Shown piece by piece: positions 23,252-35,200 of a stretch of DNA of 46,405 nucleotides. The position numbers and the translations under genes were made by a program. This stretch comes from Macrostomum lignano (lineage: Eukaryota): assembly GCA_002269645.1 (NCBI GenBank), contig NIVC01004426.1, positions 1-46,405 of the forward strand, in the 5' to 3' direction. Numbering within the stretch: the stretch's first letter is position 1; the number at the start of each line of letters is the position of its first letter. A model generated the notes under the pieces. It saw only the letters and a list, made by a program, of their open reading frames with translations, did not search any database and had not been told where the DNA came from.

Positions 23252-26200
23252 CACAGACAGACAGACAGACAGACACACAGACAGACAGACAGACCTTGGT
23301 GCCATAGACAATCAGCAGTGTCGCAGTGGAGCCCACAAGGATGCAGGCAGCCAGGAGGGCGAAGCGCAGCGTGACGCGGTTGTGCGGCAGGAGGAAGCGC
23401 AGGCAGACGGCCAGAGAGCCCAGGACCATCGTGTTGTACACGCTGATGCCAATCTGCTTGCTGTCGTTCAGAGCCTCGATGTGCACCCTGCACCGAGCGA
23501 GTTTCCCAAGCGAAGAAAATTCCAAACAGAAGCACCACGCCTGGAATTGCCGGGGCTCGAGGGGGAAGTTATCAAAGTTTCTGGAAAGTCTCTGAAGCCA
23601 GTTTCAGACACGAGTTGCTGAGATGCCTGATGACTCATGGGGGATTGCTGAGATGCCATGATGACTCATGGGGGATTGCTGAGATGCCTGATGACTCATG
23701 GGGGATTGCTGAGATGCCATGATGACTCATTGGGGGATTGCTGAGATGCCATGATGACTCATGGGGGATTGCTGAGATGCCATGATGACTCATGGGGGAA
23801 TTGCTGAGATGCCATGATGACTCATGGGGGGAATTGCTGAGATGCTATGATGACTCATGGGGGGAATTGCTGAGATGCCATGATGACTCATGGGGGCAGG
23901 GGCGTAGCCAGAGGGGGGCAAGGGGGGCCGTGGCCCCCCCCATAATCACCAACTCTGGCCTTGGCGCCCCCCCCTAAAAAAAACAGGCGCCCCCCCTAAA
24001 AGAAACTAGCGCCCCCCCCAAAGAAACTGGCGCCCCCCCTCCTAAAAGAAACTGGCGCCCCCTATAAGAAACTGGCGCCCCCCTAAAAGAAACTGGCGCC
24101 CCCCTTAAAGAAACTGGCGCCCCCCCTCCTAAAAGAAACTGGCGCCCCCTATAAGAAACTGGCGCCCGCCCTAAAATAAACTGGCGCCCCCCTAAAAGAA
24201 ACTGGCGCCCCCTAAAAGAAACTAGCGCCCCCTAAAAGAAACTGGCGCCCCCCCCTACAAGAAACTGGCGCCCCCCCTATAAGAAGCTGGCGCCCCCTAA
24301 CTCAAGGCCCCCCCAATCAAAATTCCTGGCTACGCCCCTGCATGGGGGGAATTGCTGAGATGCCTGATGACTCATGGTGGGAATTGCTGAGATGCCTGAT
24401 GACGATCATGGGGGATTGCTGAGATGCCTGATGACTCATGGGGGGAATTGCTGAGATGCCTGATGACTCATGGGGGAATTGCTGAGATGCCTGATGCCTC
24501 ATGGGGGAATTGCTGAGATGCCTGATGACTCATGGGGGAATTGCTGAGATGCCTGATGCCTCATGGGGGAATTGCTGAGATGCCTGATGCCTCATGGGGG
24601 GATTGCTGAGATGCCTGATGACGATCATGGGGGATTGCTGAGATGCCTGATGACTCATGGGGGAATTGCTGAGATGCCTGATGACTCATGGGGGAATTGC
24701 TGAGATGCCTGATGCCTCATGGGGGGATTGCTGAGATGCCTGATGCCTCATGGGGGGATTGCTGAGATTCCTGATGACTCATGGGGGGAATTGCTGAGAT
24801 GCCTGATGACTCATGGGGGATTGCTGAGATGCCTGATGCCTCATGGGGGGATTGCTGAGATTCCTGATGACTCATGGGGGGAATTGCTGAGATGCCTGAT
24901 GACTCATGGGGGAATTGCTGAGATGCCTGATGCCTCATGGGGGGATTGCTGAGATGCCTGATGCCTCATGGGGGGATTGCTGAGATTCCTGATGACTCAT
25001 GGGGGGAATTGCTGAGATGCCTGATGACTCATGGGGGGATTGCTGAGATGCCTGATGCCTCATGGGGGGATTGCTGAGATTCCTGATGACTCATGGGGGG
25101 AATTGCTGAGATGCCTGATGACTCATGGGGGAATTGATGAGATTTCAAGCGCACATGCACCTACACCAACTTATCCTACCTTTAATTCCGATGAGAATGC
25201 TAACCCAGATTCTGAAGTGTTCCGAGTGGCATTCCACTACTGTGTGCGAGTATACCACGCCTTTGACTCTGTCATCGTCCTTTGGAGCAGAGGCGTTCGC
25301 GGCAAGCTGGGTATATTTTGTTTAGCTATATAATTACTTCAGAGAGCTGCGATCATGGTTACCTCAGAGCCAGCGTCGAGTATGACTTCCTTGAGGGGAT
25401 CCAGGAGCATCCAGGCTGTCAGGATGATCAGGTCCATCAGCAGTAGAAGAGCAACGGGAAGCATCAAATGCCAGTCCTTGATCACCTGGCCAATAGAGCA
25501 TCATTGCATGCGAATTGTTATGCTGTCCCCCTCACACTCACCCATCATTTTTTCATCCTAACCTATCATCATTTTGTCATCCTCAGTCATCATTTTGTCA
25601 TCCTCAGTCATCAGTTTGTCATCCTCAGTCATCATTTTGTCATCCTCAGTCATCCGTTTGTCATCCTCAGTCATCAGTTTGTCATCCTCAGTCATCAGTT
25701 TGTCATCCTCAGTGATCAGTTTGTCATCCTCAGTCATCAGTTTGTCATCCTCAGTCATCAGTTTGTCATCCTCAGTCATCAGTTTGTCATCCTAACCTAT
25801 CATCATTTTGTCATCCTCAGTCATCATTTTGTCATCCTCAGTCATCAGTTTGTCATCCTCAGTCATCATTTTGTCATCCTCAGTCATCATTTTGTCATCC
25901 TCAGTCATCAGTTTGTCATCCTCAGTCATCAGTTTGTCATCCTCAGTCATCAGTTTGTCATCCTCAGTCATCAGTTTGTCATCCTCAGTCATCAGTTTGT
26001 CATCCTCAGTCATCAGTTTGTCATCCTCAGTCATCAGTTTGTCATCCTCAGTCATCATTTTGTTATCCTAACCTATCATCATTTTGTCATCCTCAGTCAT
26101 CATTTTGTCATCCTCAGTCATCATTTTGTCATCCTCAGTCATCAGCTTGTCAACCTCACTCATCAGTTTGTCATCCTCAGTCATCATTTTGTCAACCTCA

Positions 26201-29200
26201 CTCATCATCATTTTGTCATCCTCAGTCATCATTTTGCCATCCTCAGTCTTCAGTTTGTCATCCTCAGTCATCAGTTTGTCATCCTCAGTCATCATTTTGT
26301 CATCCTCAGTCATCAGTTTGTCATCCTCAGTCATCAGTTTGTCATCCTCAGTCATCAGTTTGTCATCCTCAGTCATCAGTTTGTCATCCTCAGTCATCAG
26401 TTTGTCATCCTCAGTCATCAGTTTGTCAAACTCACTCATCATCATTTTGTCATCCTCAGTGATCAGTTTGTCATCCTCAGTGATCAGTTTGTCATCCTCA
26501 GTCATCAGTTTGTCATCCTCAGTCATCAGTTTGTCATCCTCAGTCATCAGTTTGTCATCCTCAGTCATCAGTTTGTCATCCTCAGTCATCAGTTTGTCAT
26601 CCTCAGTCATCATTGTCTCAACACTCGAACCTCTAACCAGGCCATCGGCGCCCGAGTTCAGATAAAACTGCAGCCCCAGCGCACCACAGAGGTGCTCCTC
26701 CTGTTGGTGAACACCGCGTGCACTCGCCAGGTTTTGGCGAACATCGCGCCGAACGCGGCAGAGTAGCCGAGCGCCAGACAGTAGGCGATGGAGCCGCACT
26801 GGGCGACCCGGCTGCTTCCATCCGAGGAACTCAGCGACATCAGAATGCAGCTGGCGTAGCCGAGCACGCAGCCCAGCGCGATGCACAGGTTCACGTTTGG
26901 CGAGCTCATTTTGATCAGCTTGACGTGGCGATAGTGGAGGCTCACACAGACGGAGGCGGCGGTCTTCAGCAGCTGCACCTTCACCGCCGAGTCCACTGGG
27001 GGCAAATTGCCTGCAATCATTTTCAGACAAAACTCGTCTTAACAGGAATGTGGAGCTGAGGGGGGGGGTTTGGAATTGAGGGGAATGTGGAATTGAGGGG
27101 AATTTGGGATTGAGGGGAATTTGGAATTGAGGGGTATTTTGGATTGAGGGGAATTTGGAATTGAGGGGAATTTGGGATTGAGGGGAATTTGGGATTGAGT
27201 GGAATTTGGAATTGAGGGGAATGTGGAATTGAGGGGAATGTGGGGTTAAGGGGAATGTGGAATTGAGGGGAATGTGGGGTTAAGGGGAATGTGGAATTGA
27301 GGGGAATGTAGAGTTGAGGGGAATGTAGAGTTGAGGGGAATGTGGAGTTGAAGGGGAATGTGGAGTTGAGGGGAATGTGGAGTAGAAGGGGAATGTCGAG
27401 TTGAGGGGAATGTAGAGTTGAGGGGAATGTAGAGTAGAAGGGGAATGTAGAGTTGAGGGAAATGTAGAGTAGAGGGGAATGTAGAGTTGAGGGGAATGTA
27501 GAGTAGAAGGGGAATGTAGAGTTGAGGGGAATGTAGAGTAGAAGGGTAATGTAGAGTTGAGGGGAATGTAGAGTAGAAGGGGAATGTCGAGTTGAGGGGA
27601 ATGTAGAGTTGAGGGGAATGTAGAGTTGAGGGGGAATGTAGAGTAGAAGGGGAATGTCGAGTAGAAGGGGAATGTAGAGTTGAGGGGAATGTAGAGTTGA
27701 GGGGAATGTAGAGTAGAAGGGTAATGTAGAGTTGAGGGGAATGTAGAGTAGAAGGGGAATGTCGAGTTGAGGGGAATGTAGAGTAGAAGGGGAATGTGGA
27801 GTTGAGGGGAATGTAGAGTAGAAGGGGAATGTGGAGTTGAGGGGGAATGTGGAGTTGAGGGGAATGTGGAGTTGAGGGGAATGTAGAGTAGAAGGGGAAT
27901 GTGGAGTTGAGGGGGAATGTGGAGTTGAGGGGAATGTGGAGTTGAGGGGAATGTAGAGTAGAAGGGGAATGTCGAGTTGAGGGGAATGTAGAGTTGAAGG
28001 GGAATGTGGAGTTGAGGGGGAATGTGGAGTTGAGGGGAATGTAGAGTAGAAGGGGAATGTGGAGTTGAGGGGGAATGTGGAGTTGAGGGGAATGTGGAGT
28101 TGAGGGGAATGTAGAGTAGAAGGGGAATGTGGAGTTGAGGGGGAATGTGGAGTTGAGGGGAATGTGGAGTTGAGGGGAATGTAGAGTAGAAGGGGAATGT
28201 CGAGTTGAGGGGAATGTGGAGTTGAGGGGAATGTAGAGTAGAAGGGGAATGTCGAGTTGAGGGGAATGTAGAGTAGAAGGGTAATGTCGAGTTGAGGGGA
28301 ATGTGGAGTTGAGGGGAATGTGGAGTTGAAGGGGAATGTGGAGTTGAGGGGAATGTGGAGTTGAAGGGGAATGTGGAGTTGAGGGGAATGTCAAGAAGGA
28401 ACGATTTGGAGAATTAGAAAAGATACCAGTAGCTAGGGCCTACGCTCGTACTAGGGTACCTGCGGGACGGGGCGGATGGGGCGGATGAGGGCAGCAACAC
28501 CTGTGCTTTTTCATAGCGGAGAAGATATCCCACGTGGGCGGTCAGTGGGAGACCCGTGGGCGGTCCGTGGGAGGCCCGTGGGTGGCCCGCAGTCGGAGTT
28601 CCTTCGATTCGGAGCGTCACCTGCCTAACAGATGCTGGCAGCTGCTGGCTTGTTTGGATAAATTGAACCTGCATCTGCTTATGGCAAGTGATTTTCTTGA
28701 ATAATATTTCTATCTAGCTGACAGGTGTCTGCTTCACCTTGGAACTGTAGTCCTCTGTTCCACACAGACTCGAGCCGGTCCGAACAAAAACTGCCTACTC
28801 GAACCGGTTTGTTGCCTGTTTAAAAGTTGCATAAATTTGTTTTAATATAGCGGATTATTTGAAAACATACAACGATCGCATTGATTGTCTCACCTATCAG
28901 CTGGTAGATTTTCACCAGACCGATTCTATCACCGTTTTTGTCAAACATCACGGGACCCTGCGTTAGAATTGGTGGTTGGTGCGTACAACCACCTAATTGG
29001 GCCAGATGTGCAACCGACAGATCAGCCGCAGCACCTGAGGGCCACTCACACCCTCAGTTACCCCAAGCTAATGCTGGCACCCATTTTACAGTAGCTGGAT
29101 GAACTGAAGCAATGCAGAGTTAAGTGTCTTGCTCAAGGACAAATTTTTTTCAAGTGGGATCGGGAATCGAACCCCAGACCTTTCAGTCGTGAGTCCGACG

Positions 29201-32200
29201 CTCTAGCCACTAGGCTATAGCCCCACCACTAGGCTGTAGAACCCCAATACAATATATATTGCGCTCAAGTGCGCAGGCAAAACTGCAGCAATTTTGTTCG
29301 CGGCTTCAACCTCAACTCCGTTAAATTTCTGGCCTCGAATATTTCGCAGCAGCAGCGATTGGAAAGCGGAGTTGCCAAGCGGTACCGCGGGATCATAGTC
29401 CACGGACGGCAGGGTGTCATTTATTGCCAGTGCCGCCGTGCTCAGGGTGTCGAACATTCTCTCCAGAGTCTTCGGGGTGTCATTGCGGCCCGGATGAGCC
29501 GACAGAAATATGTCAGTGAGATCCGCCTTGGCCTGGAATTCGAGTTCGAGAGACAGCCAAGTTACTGGCTGCTGCTGCTACGATGGAAACTGTTGCTGCT
29601 GCTATGGAAACTGCTGCTGCTGCTGCTATGGAAACTGCTGCTGCTATGGAAACTGCCGCTACTATGGAAACTGCTGCTGCTATGGGAACTGCTGCTGCTG
29701 CTGCTATGGAAACTGCTGCTGCTACTATGGAAACTGCTGCTGCTGCTATGGAAACTGCTGCTGCTGCTATGGAAACTGCTGCCGCTACTATGGAAACTGC
29801 TGCTGCTGCTATGGAAACTGCTGCTGCTGCTATGGAAACTGCTGCTACTATGGAAACTGCTGCTGCTGCTATGGAAACTGCTGCTGCTGCTATGGAAACT
29901 GCTGCTGCTACTATGGAAACTATCAGTGCCTAACAATTAGAAAGTCAAAGGGCCGATGTACACCCTGCATGAGCGCGTGTACGAGTGCGCGCCTGCGTAC
30001 AGTATGAGCGCTCGGGAGTCAGCGAAATTGGCAAAATTGCCGTCAGCGCTCACTAGGCCTGTTAGACTCTCCGGAGGCTGGTAATCTTCATCATCGATTT
30101 CGTCCCTAAAAATGATGGCTCCTTCCGTTGCCCTGATCTGGCTGACGAGCGGGCAATGCTCTCTAGCCGGCACACCTGCGACAAGCGTCAGCCACGAGAT
30201 TCCGTTGAAAATCCATTGGTACTTGGCGCCATGCAGCTGGAACTCGTGGATCTGCGAGTTATTATGTTCTAGCATAAGATATTTTTCATTTTTCCCTGGA
30301 TGACTTCTTGACAGAATTATTTACAGAGTCAGGATGCATGAAAATAAGCTCAGGCAATTTAATAAGCAATTTGCGTCATTTTCTTGACACCCAACTGTCT
30401 CCCCTGACACCCAACTGTCTTTCCTGACACTCAACTGCCTCCCCTGACACCCAACTGTCTTTCCTGACACTCAACTGCCTCCCCTGACACCCAACTGCCT
30501 CCCCTGACACCCAACTGTCTCCCCTGACACCCAACTGTCTCCCCTGACACCCAACTGCCTCCCCTGACACCCAACTGTCTTCCCTGACACCCAACTGCCT
30601 TTCCTGACACTCAACTGCCTCCCCTGACACCCAACTGCCTTCCCTGACACCCAACTAACTCCCCTGACACCCAACTGCCTTTCCTGACACCCAACTGCCT
30701 TTCCTGACACCCAACTGTCTCCCCTGACACCCAACTGCCTTCCCTGACACCCAACTGCCTTTCCTGACACCCAACTATCTCCCCTGACACCCAACTGCCT
30801 CCCCTGACACCCAACTGTCTTCCCTGACACCCAACTGCCTTTCCTGACACTCAACTGCCTCCCCTGACACCCAACTGCCTTCCCTGACACCCAACTAACT
30901 CCCCTGACACCCAACTGCCTTTCCTGACACCCAACTGCCTTTCCTGACACCCAACTGTCTCCCCTGACACCCAACTGAGACCCAACTGTCTCCCCTGACA
31001 CCCAACTGTCTCCCCTGACACCCAACTATCTCCCCTGACACCTAACTGTCTCCTCTGACACCCAACTGTCTCCCCTGACACCCAACTGAGACCCAACTGT
31101 CTCCCCTGACACCCAACTGTCTCCCCTGCCACCCAACTATCTCCCCTGACACCCAACTAACTCCCCTGACACTCAACTGCCTTTCCTGACACCCAACTGC
31201 CTTTCCTGACACCCAACTGTCTCCCCTGACACCCAACTGCCTTTCCTGACACCCAACTGCCTTTCCTGACACCCAACTGTCTCCCCTGACACCCAACTGT
31301 CTCCCCTGACACCCAACTATCTCCCCTGACACCCAACTATCTCCCCTGACACCTAACTGTCTCCTCTGACACCCAACTGTCTCCCCTGACACCCAACTGA
31401 GACCCAACTGTCTCCCCTGACACCCAACTGTCTCCCCTGACACCCAACTGTCTCCCCTGACACCCAACTGTCTCCCCTGACACCCAACTATCTCCCCTGA
31501 CACCCAACTATCTCCTCTGACACCCAACTATCTCCCCTGACACCCAACTGTCTCCCCTGACACCCAACTATCTCCCCTGACACCTAACTGTCTCCTCTGA
31601 CACCCAACTGTCTCCCCTGACACCCAACTGAGACCCAACTGTCTCCCCTGACACCCAACTGTCTCCCCTGACACCCAACTGTCTCCCCTGACACCCAACT
31701 GTCTCCCCTGACACCCAACTATCTCCCCTGACACCCAACTATCTCCTCTGACACCCAACTATCTCCCCTGACACCCAACTGTCTCCCCTGACACCCAACT
31801 GTCTCCCCTGACACCCAACTGTCTCCCCTGACACCCAACTGTCTCCCCTGACACCCAACTGTCTCCCCTGACACCCAACTGTCTCCCCTGACACCCAACT
31901 GCCTTTCCCTGACACCCAACTGCCTTCCCTGACACCCAACTGTCTTCCCTGACACCCAACTGCCTTCCCTGACACCCTGCCTTCTCCTTTTCTCTCTCTG
32001 AATTGAGCTGTCGGGGTGCATATCACAAATTGAGGCCAAACGGTAAAGCGCAACGGAATCGAACCCGAGAGCTTTGGTTTTATACATTTACATAAAGCAC
32101 CATCGCACGCACTACTTACCAGACACGGCAGCCACTCGCTCTCGATTGCCGCATGGTTGAAAACCACGAAAATTCTGATATCTTGTGACTGTTGATGTTT

Positions 32201-35200
32201 AATGGGGGGAATTCATGCTTGCAGAAACTTATGAATATACTGCATCGTTTGTTAGGGCTTCCAGCGTTTCTGGTCGGCTTTCGTTTAAGCAGGGTCATCG
32301 GTTAATTTGGGAGTGCGTTGAGCTCTGTCCTCTCCCCTGGCTAGCCCCCTTGCCCCCTGGCTAGCCCCCTTGCCCCCTGGCTAGCCCCCTTGCCCCCTGG
32401 CTAGCCCCCTTGCCCCCTGGCTAGCCCCCTTGCCCCCTGGCTAGCCCCCTTGCCCCTGGCTAGCCCCCCTTGCCCCCTGGCTAGCCCCCTTGCCCCCTGG
32501 CTAGCCCCCTTGCCCCTAGCTAGCCCCCTTGCCCCCTGGCTAGCCCCCTTGCCCCCTGGCTAGCCCCCTTGCCCCCTGGCTAGCCCCCTTGCCCCCTGGC
32601 TAGCCCCCCTTGCCCCCTGGCTAGCCCCACTTGCCCCCTAGCTAGCCCCCTTGCCCCTGGCTAGCCCCCTTGCCCCCTGGCTACCCCCCTTGCCCCCTGG
32701 CTAGCCCCCCTTAACGCGGATATAGTCTTTTGGATGTGTATAATGCCTGCGATCAGGTTGCAAAGACCCATAGAAGTTACCTCTAGTAACGGTAACTTCT
32801 AGTGGTCCTTGTCAGGTTGGCGAGTTGCATGCGTCAGCGATACGAGTATTAAACGCGGGTGACTCCTTAAAGTCTTGTACAGCTAGAATTCCATGCTATA
32901 CAAATACACGACCAAGATCGTACGAGTATTTCTTTAAATTCGAACTGAACTAGCTGTCTTTTTTTATTAGAGGCAGGGGGGTTGTGTGCACCCTGGCGCA
33001 CTTTAAGCGTCATTGGCACACAACCGGCGAGAGGCATTTCTGCCCATTCCGCCGACTCCCCTGAGCAGGCATACAAGCGCGCGGATACGTTACGCAGGCA
33101 CACACTCACACAGGAGTGTACAGCGGCCCTAACTTTATATTATCGTTAGGCATGTACACTTCACTGCGCCTGGGGGGGGTTGGCTCTCAAGGCCGTTAAT
33201 TGCACAAGCGAGCCAAGCCGAGATTCCAATTCAGCCCCAAATTAATGTGGCTGCACTTGGAATCGAGCCTGGGTCGCGGCACACCAGAGCAGCTGCGCTA
33301 CCACTGGGCTACGGCCCCCCTGAACTAGCTGTCACAACACTAAGTAGTATTGAAGAACTAAACAAAATCGATAGAAACCAGGACCTGCCTTCATCTTGAC
33401 TAGCGCCTCCCTAGCCGAGCTCTTGTAGATTGCTTTGTAGGCAACGGTGACGTTCAACCTGTGAGCATGCCTGAGCAGGACTGACTCGAAGTGCACGCTT
33501 AGCTGGAGTTGTAAAATGGAATATTTTCATGACTGCTGGTTCATTTTGAGTGCATCCGGGAATGTAGCTTTGTGTCAGGAAAGGCAGTTGGGTGTCAGGG
33601 AAGGCAGTTGGGTGTCAAGGGAGGCAGTTGGGTGCCAGGGAAGGCAGTTGGGTGTCAGCTAAGGCGGGTTGGGTGTCAGGGAAGGCAGTTGGGTGTCAGA
33701 GGAGGCAGTTGGGTGTCCTCTAAGGCGGGTTGGGTGCCAGGAAAGGCAGTTGGGTGTCAAGGAAGGCAGTTGAGTGCCAGGGAAGGCAGTTGGGTGTCAG
33801 CTAAGGCGGATTGGGTGTCAGGGAAGGCAGTTGGGTGTCAGGGAAGGCAGTTGGGTGCCAGGAAAGGAAGTTGGGTGTCAGAGGAGGCAGTTGGGTGTCC
33901 TCTAAGGCGGGTTGGGTGCCAGGAAAGGCAGTTGGGTGTCAAGGAAGGCAGTTGAGTGCCAAGGAAGGCAGTTGGGTGTCAGCTAAGGCGGATTGGGTGT
34001 CAGGGAAGGCAGTTGGGTGTCAGGGAAGGCAGTTGGGTGCCAGGAAAGGAAGTTGGGTGTCAGAGGAGGCAGTTGGGTGTCCTCTAAGGCGGGTTGGGTG
34101 CCAGGGAAGGCAGTTGGGTGTCAGGGAAGGCAGTTGGGTGTCAGGGAAGGCAGTTGGGTGTCAGGGAAGGCAGTTGGGTGTCAGCTAAGGCGGGTTGGGT
34201 GTCAGGGAAGGCAGTTGGGTGTCAGAGGAGGCAGTTGGGTGTCCTCTAAGGCGGGTTGGGTGCCAGGAAAGGCAGTTGGGTGTCAAGGAAGGCAGTTGAG
34301 TGCCAGGGAAGGCAGTTGGGTGTCAGGGAAGGCAGTTGGGTGTCAGCTAAGGCGGGTTGGGTGTCAGGGAAGGCAGTTGGGTGTCAGAGGAGGCAGTTGG
34401 GTGTCCTCTAAGGCGGGTTGGGTGCCAGGAAAGGCAGTTGGGTGTCAAGGAAGGCAGTTGAGTGCCAGGGAAGGCAGTTGGGTATCAGCTAAGGCGGATT
34501 GGGTGTCAGGGAAGGCAGTTGGGTGTCAGGGAAGGCAGTTGGGTATCAGCTAAGGCGGATTGGGTGTCAGGGAAGGCAGTTGGGTGTCAGGGAAGGCAGT
34601 TGGGTATCAGCTAAGGCGGATTGGGTGTCAGGGAAGGCAGTTGGGTGTCAGGGAAGGCAGTTGGGTGTCAGGGAAGGCAGTTGGGTGCCAGGAAGGCAGT
34701 TGGGTGTCAAGGAAGGCAGTTGAGTGCAGGGAAGGCAGTTGGGTATCAGCTAAGGCGGATTGGGTGTCAGGGAAGGCAGTTGGGTGTCAGGGAAGGCAGT
34801 TGGGTATCAGCTAAGGCGGATTGGGTGTCAGGGAAGGCAGTTGGGTGTCAGGGAAGGCAGTTGGGTATCAGCTAAGGCGGATTGGGTGTCAGGGAAGGCA
34901 GTTGGGTGTCAGGGAAGGCAGTTGGGTGTCAGGGAAGGCAGTTGGGTGCCAGGAAAGGCAGTTGGGTATCAGCTAAGGCGGATTGGGTGTCAGGGAAGGC
35001 AGTTGGGTGCCAGGAAAGGCAGTTGGGTATCAGCTAAGGCGGATTGGGTGTCAGGGAAGGCAGTTGGGTGCCAGGAAAGGCAGTTGGGTATCAGCTAAGG
35101 CGGATTGGGTGTCAGGGAAGGCAGTTGGGTGCCAGGAAAGGCATGAAGAGTTCGCTTTAGCACACTAGAGAGAGAGGGAAAGAGAGAGAGAGAAAGAGAA

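Noticed and set aside
23616-26612. Hammerhead ribozymes in satellites (CTGATGA in the 30-bp and 21-bp units, also at about 1279)
   Set aside because: No GAAA core partner or stems; units are too short.
25468-28394. Long repetitive ORFs ([22 protein letters not shown])
   Set aside because: Open frames arise from stop-free 21-bp and 17-bp units in introns. The same applies to ORFs at 15.1-16.6, 21.1-23.6, 29.3-38.6 and 44.2 kb.
28414-28674. ORF as a GPCR exon (VTLRIEG...)
   Set aside because: No GABA-B motif and wrong exit phase; exons 28894-28957 and 28738-28815 already bridge the gap in phase.
32045-32075. tRNA gene (GGTTCGATTCC B box; similar at about 45272)
   Set aside because: Isolated B box without a cloverleaf; at most SINE debris.
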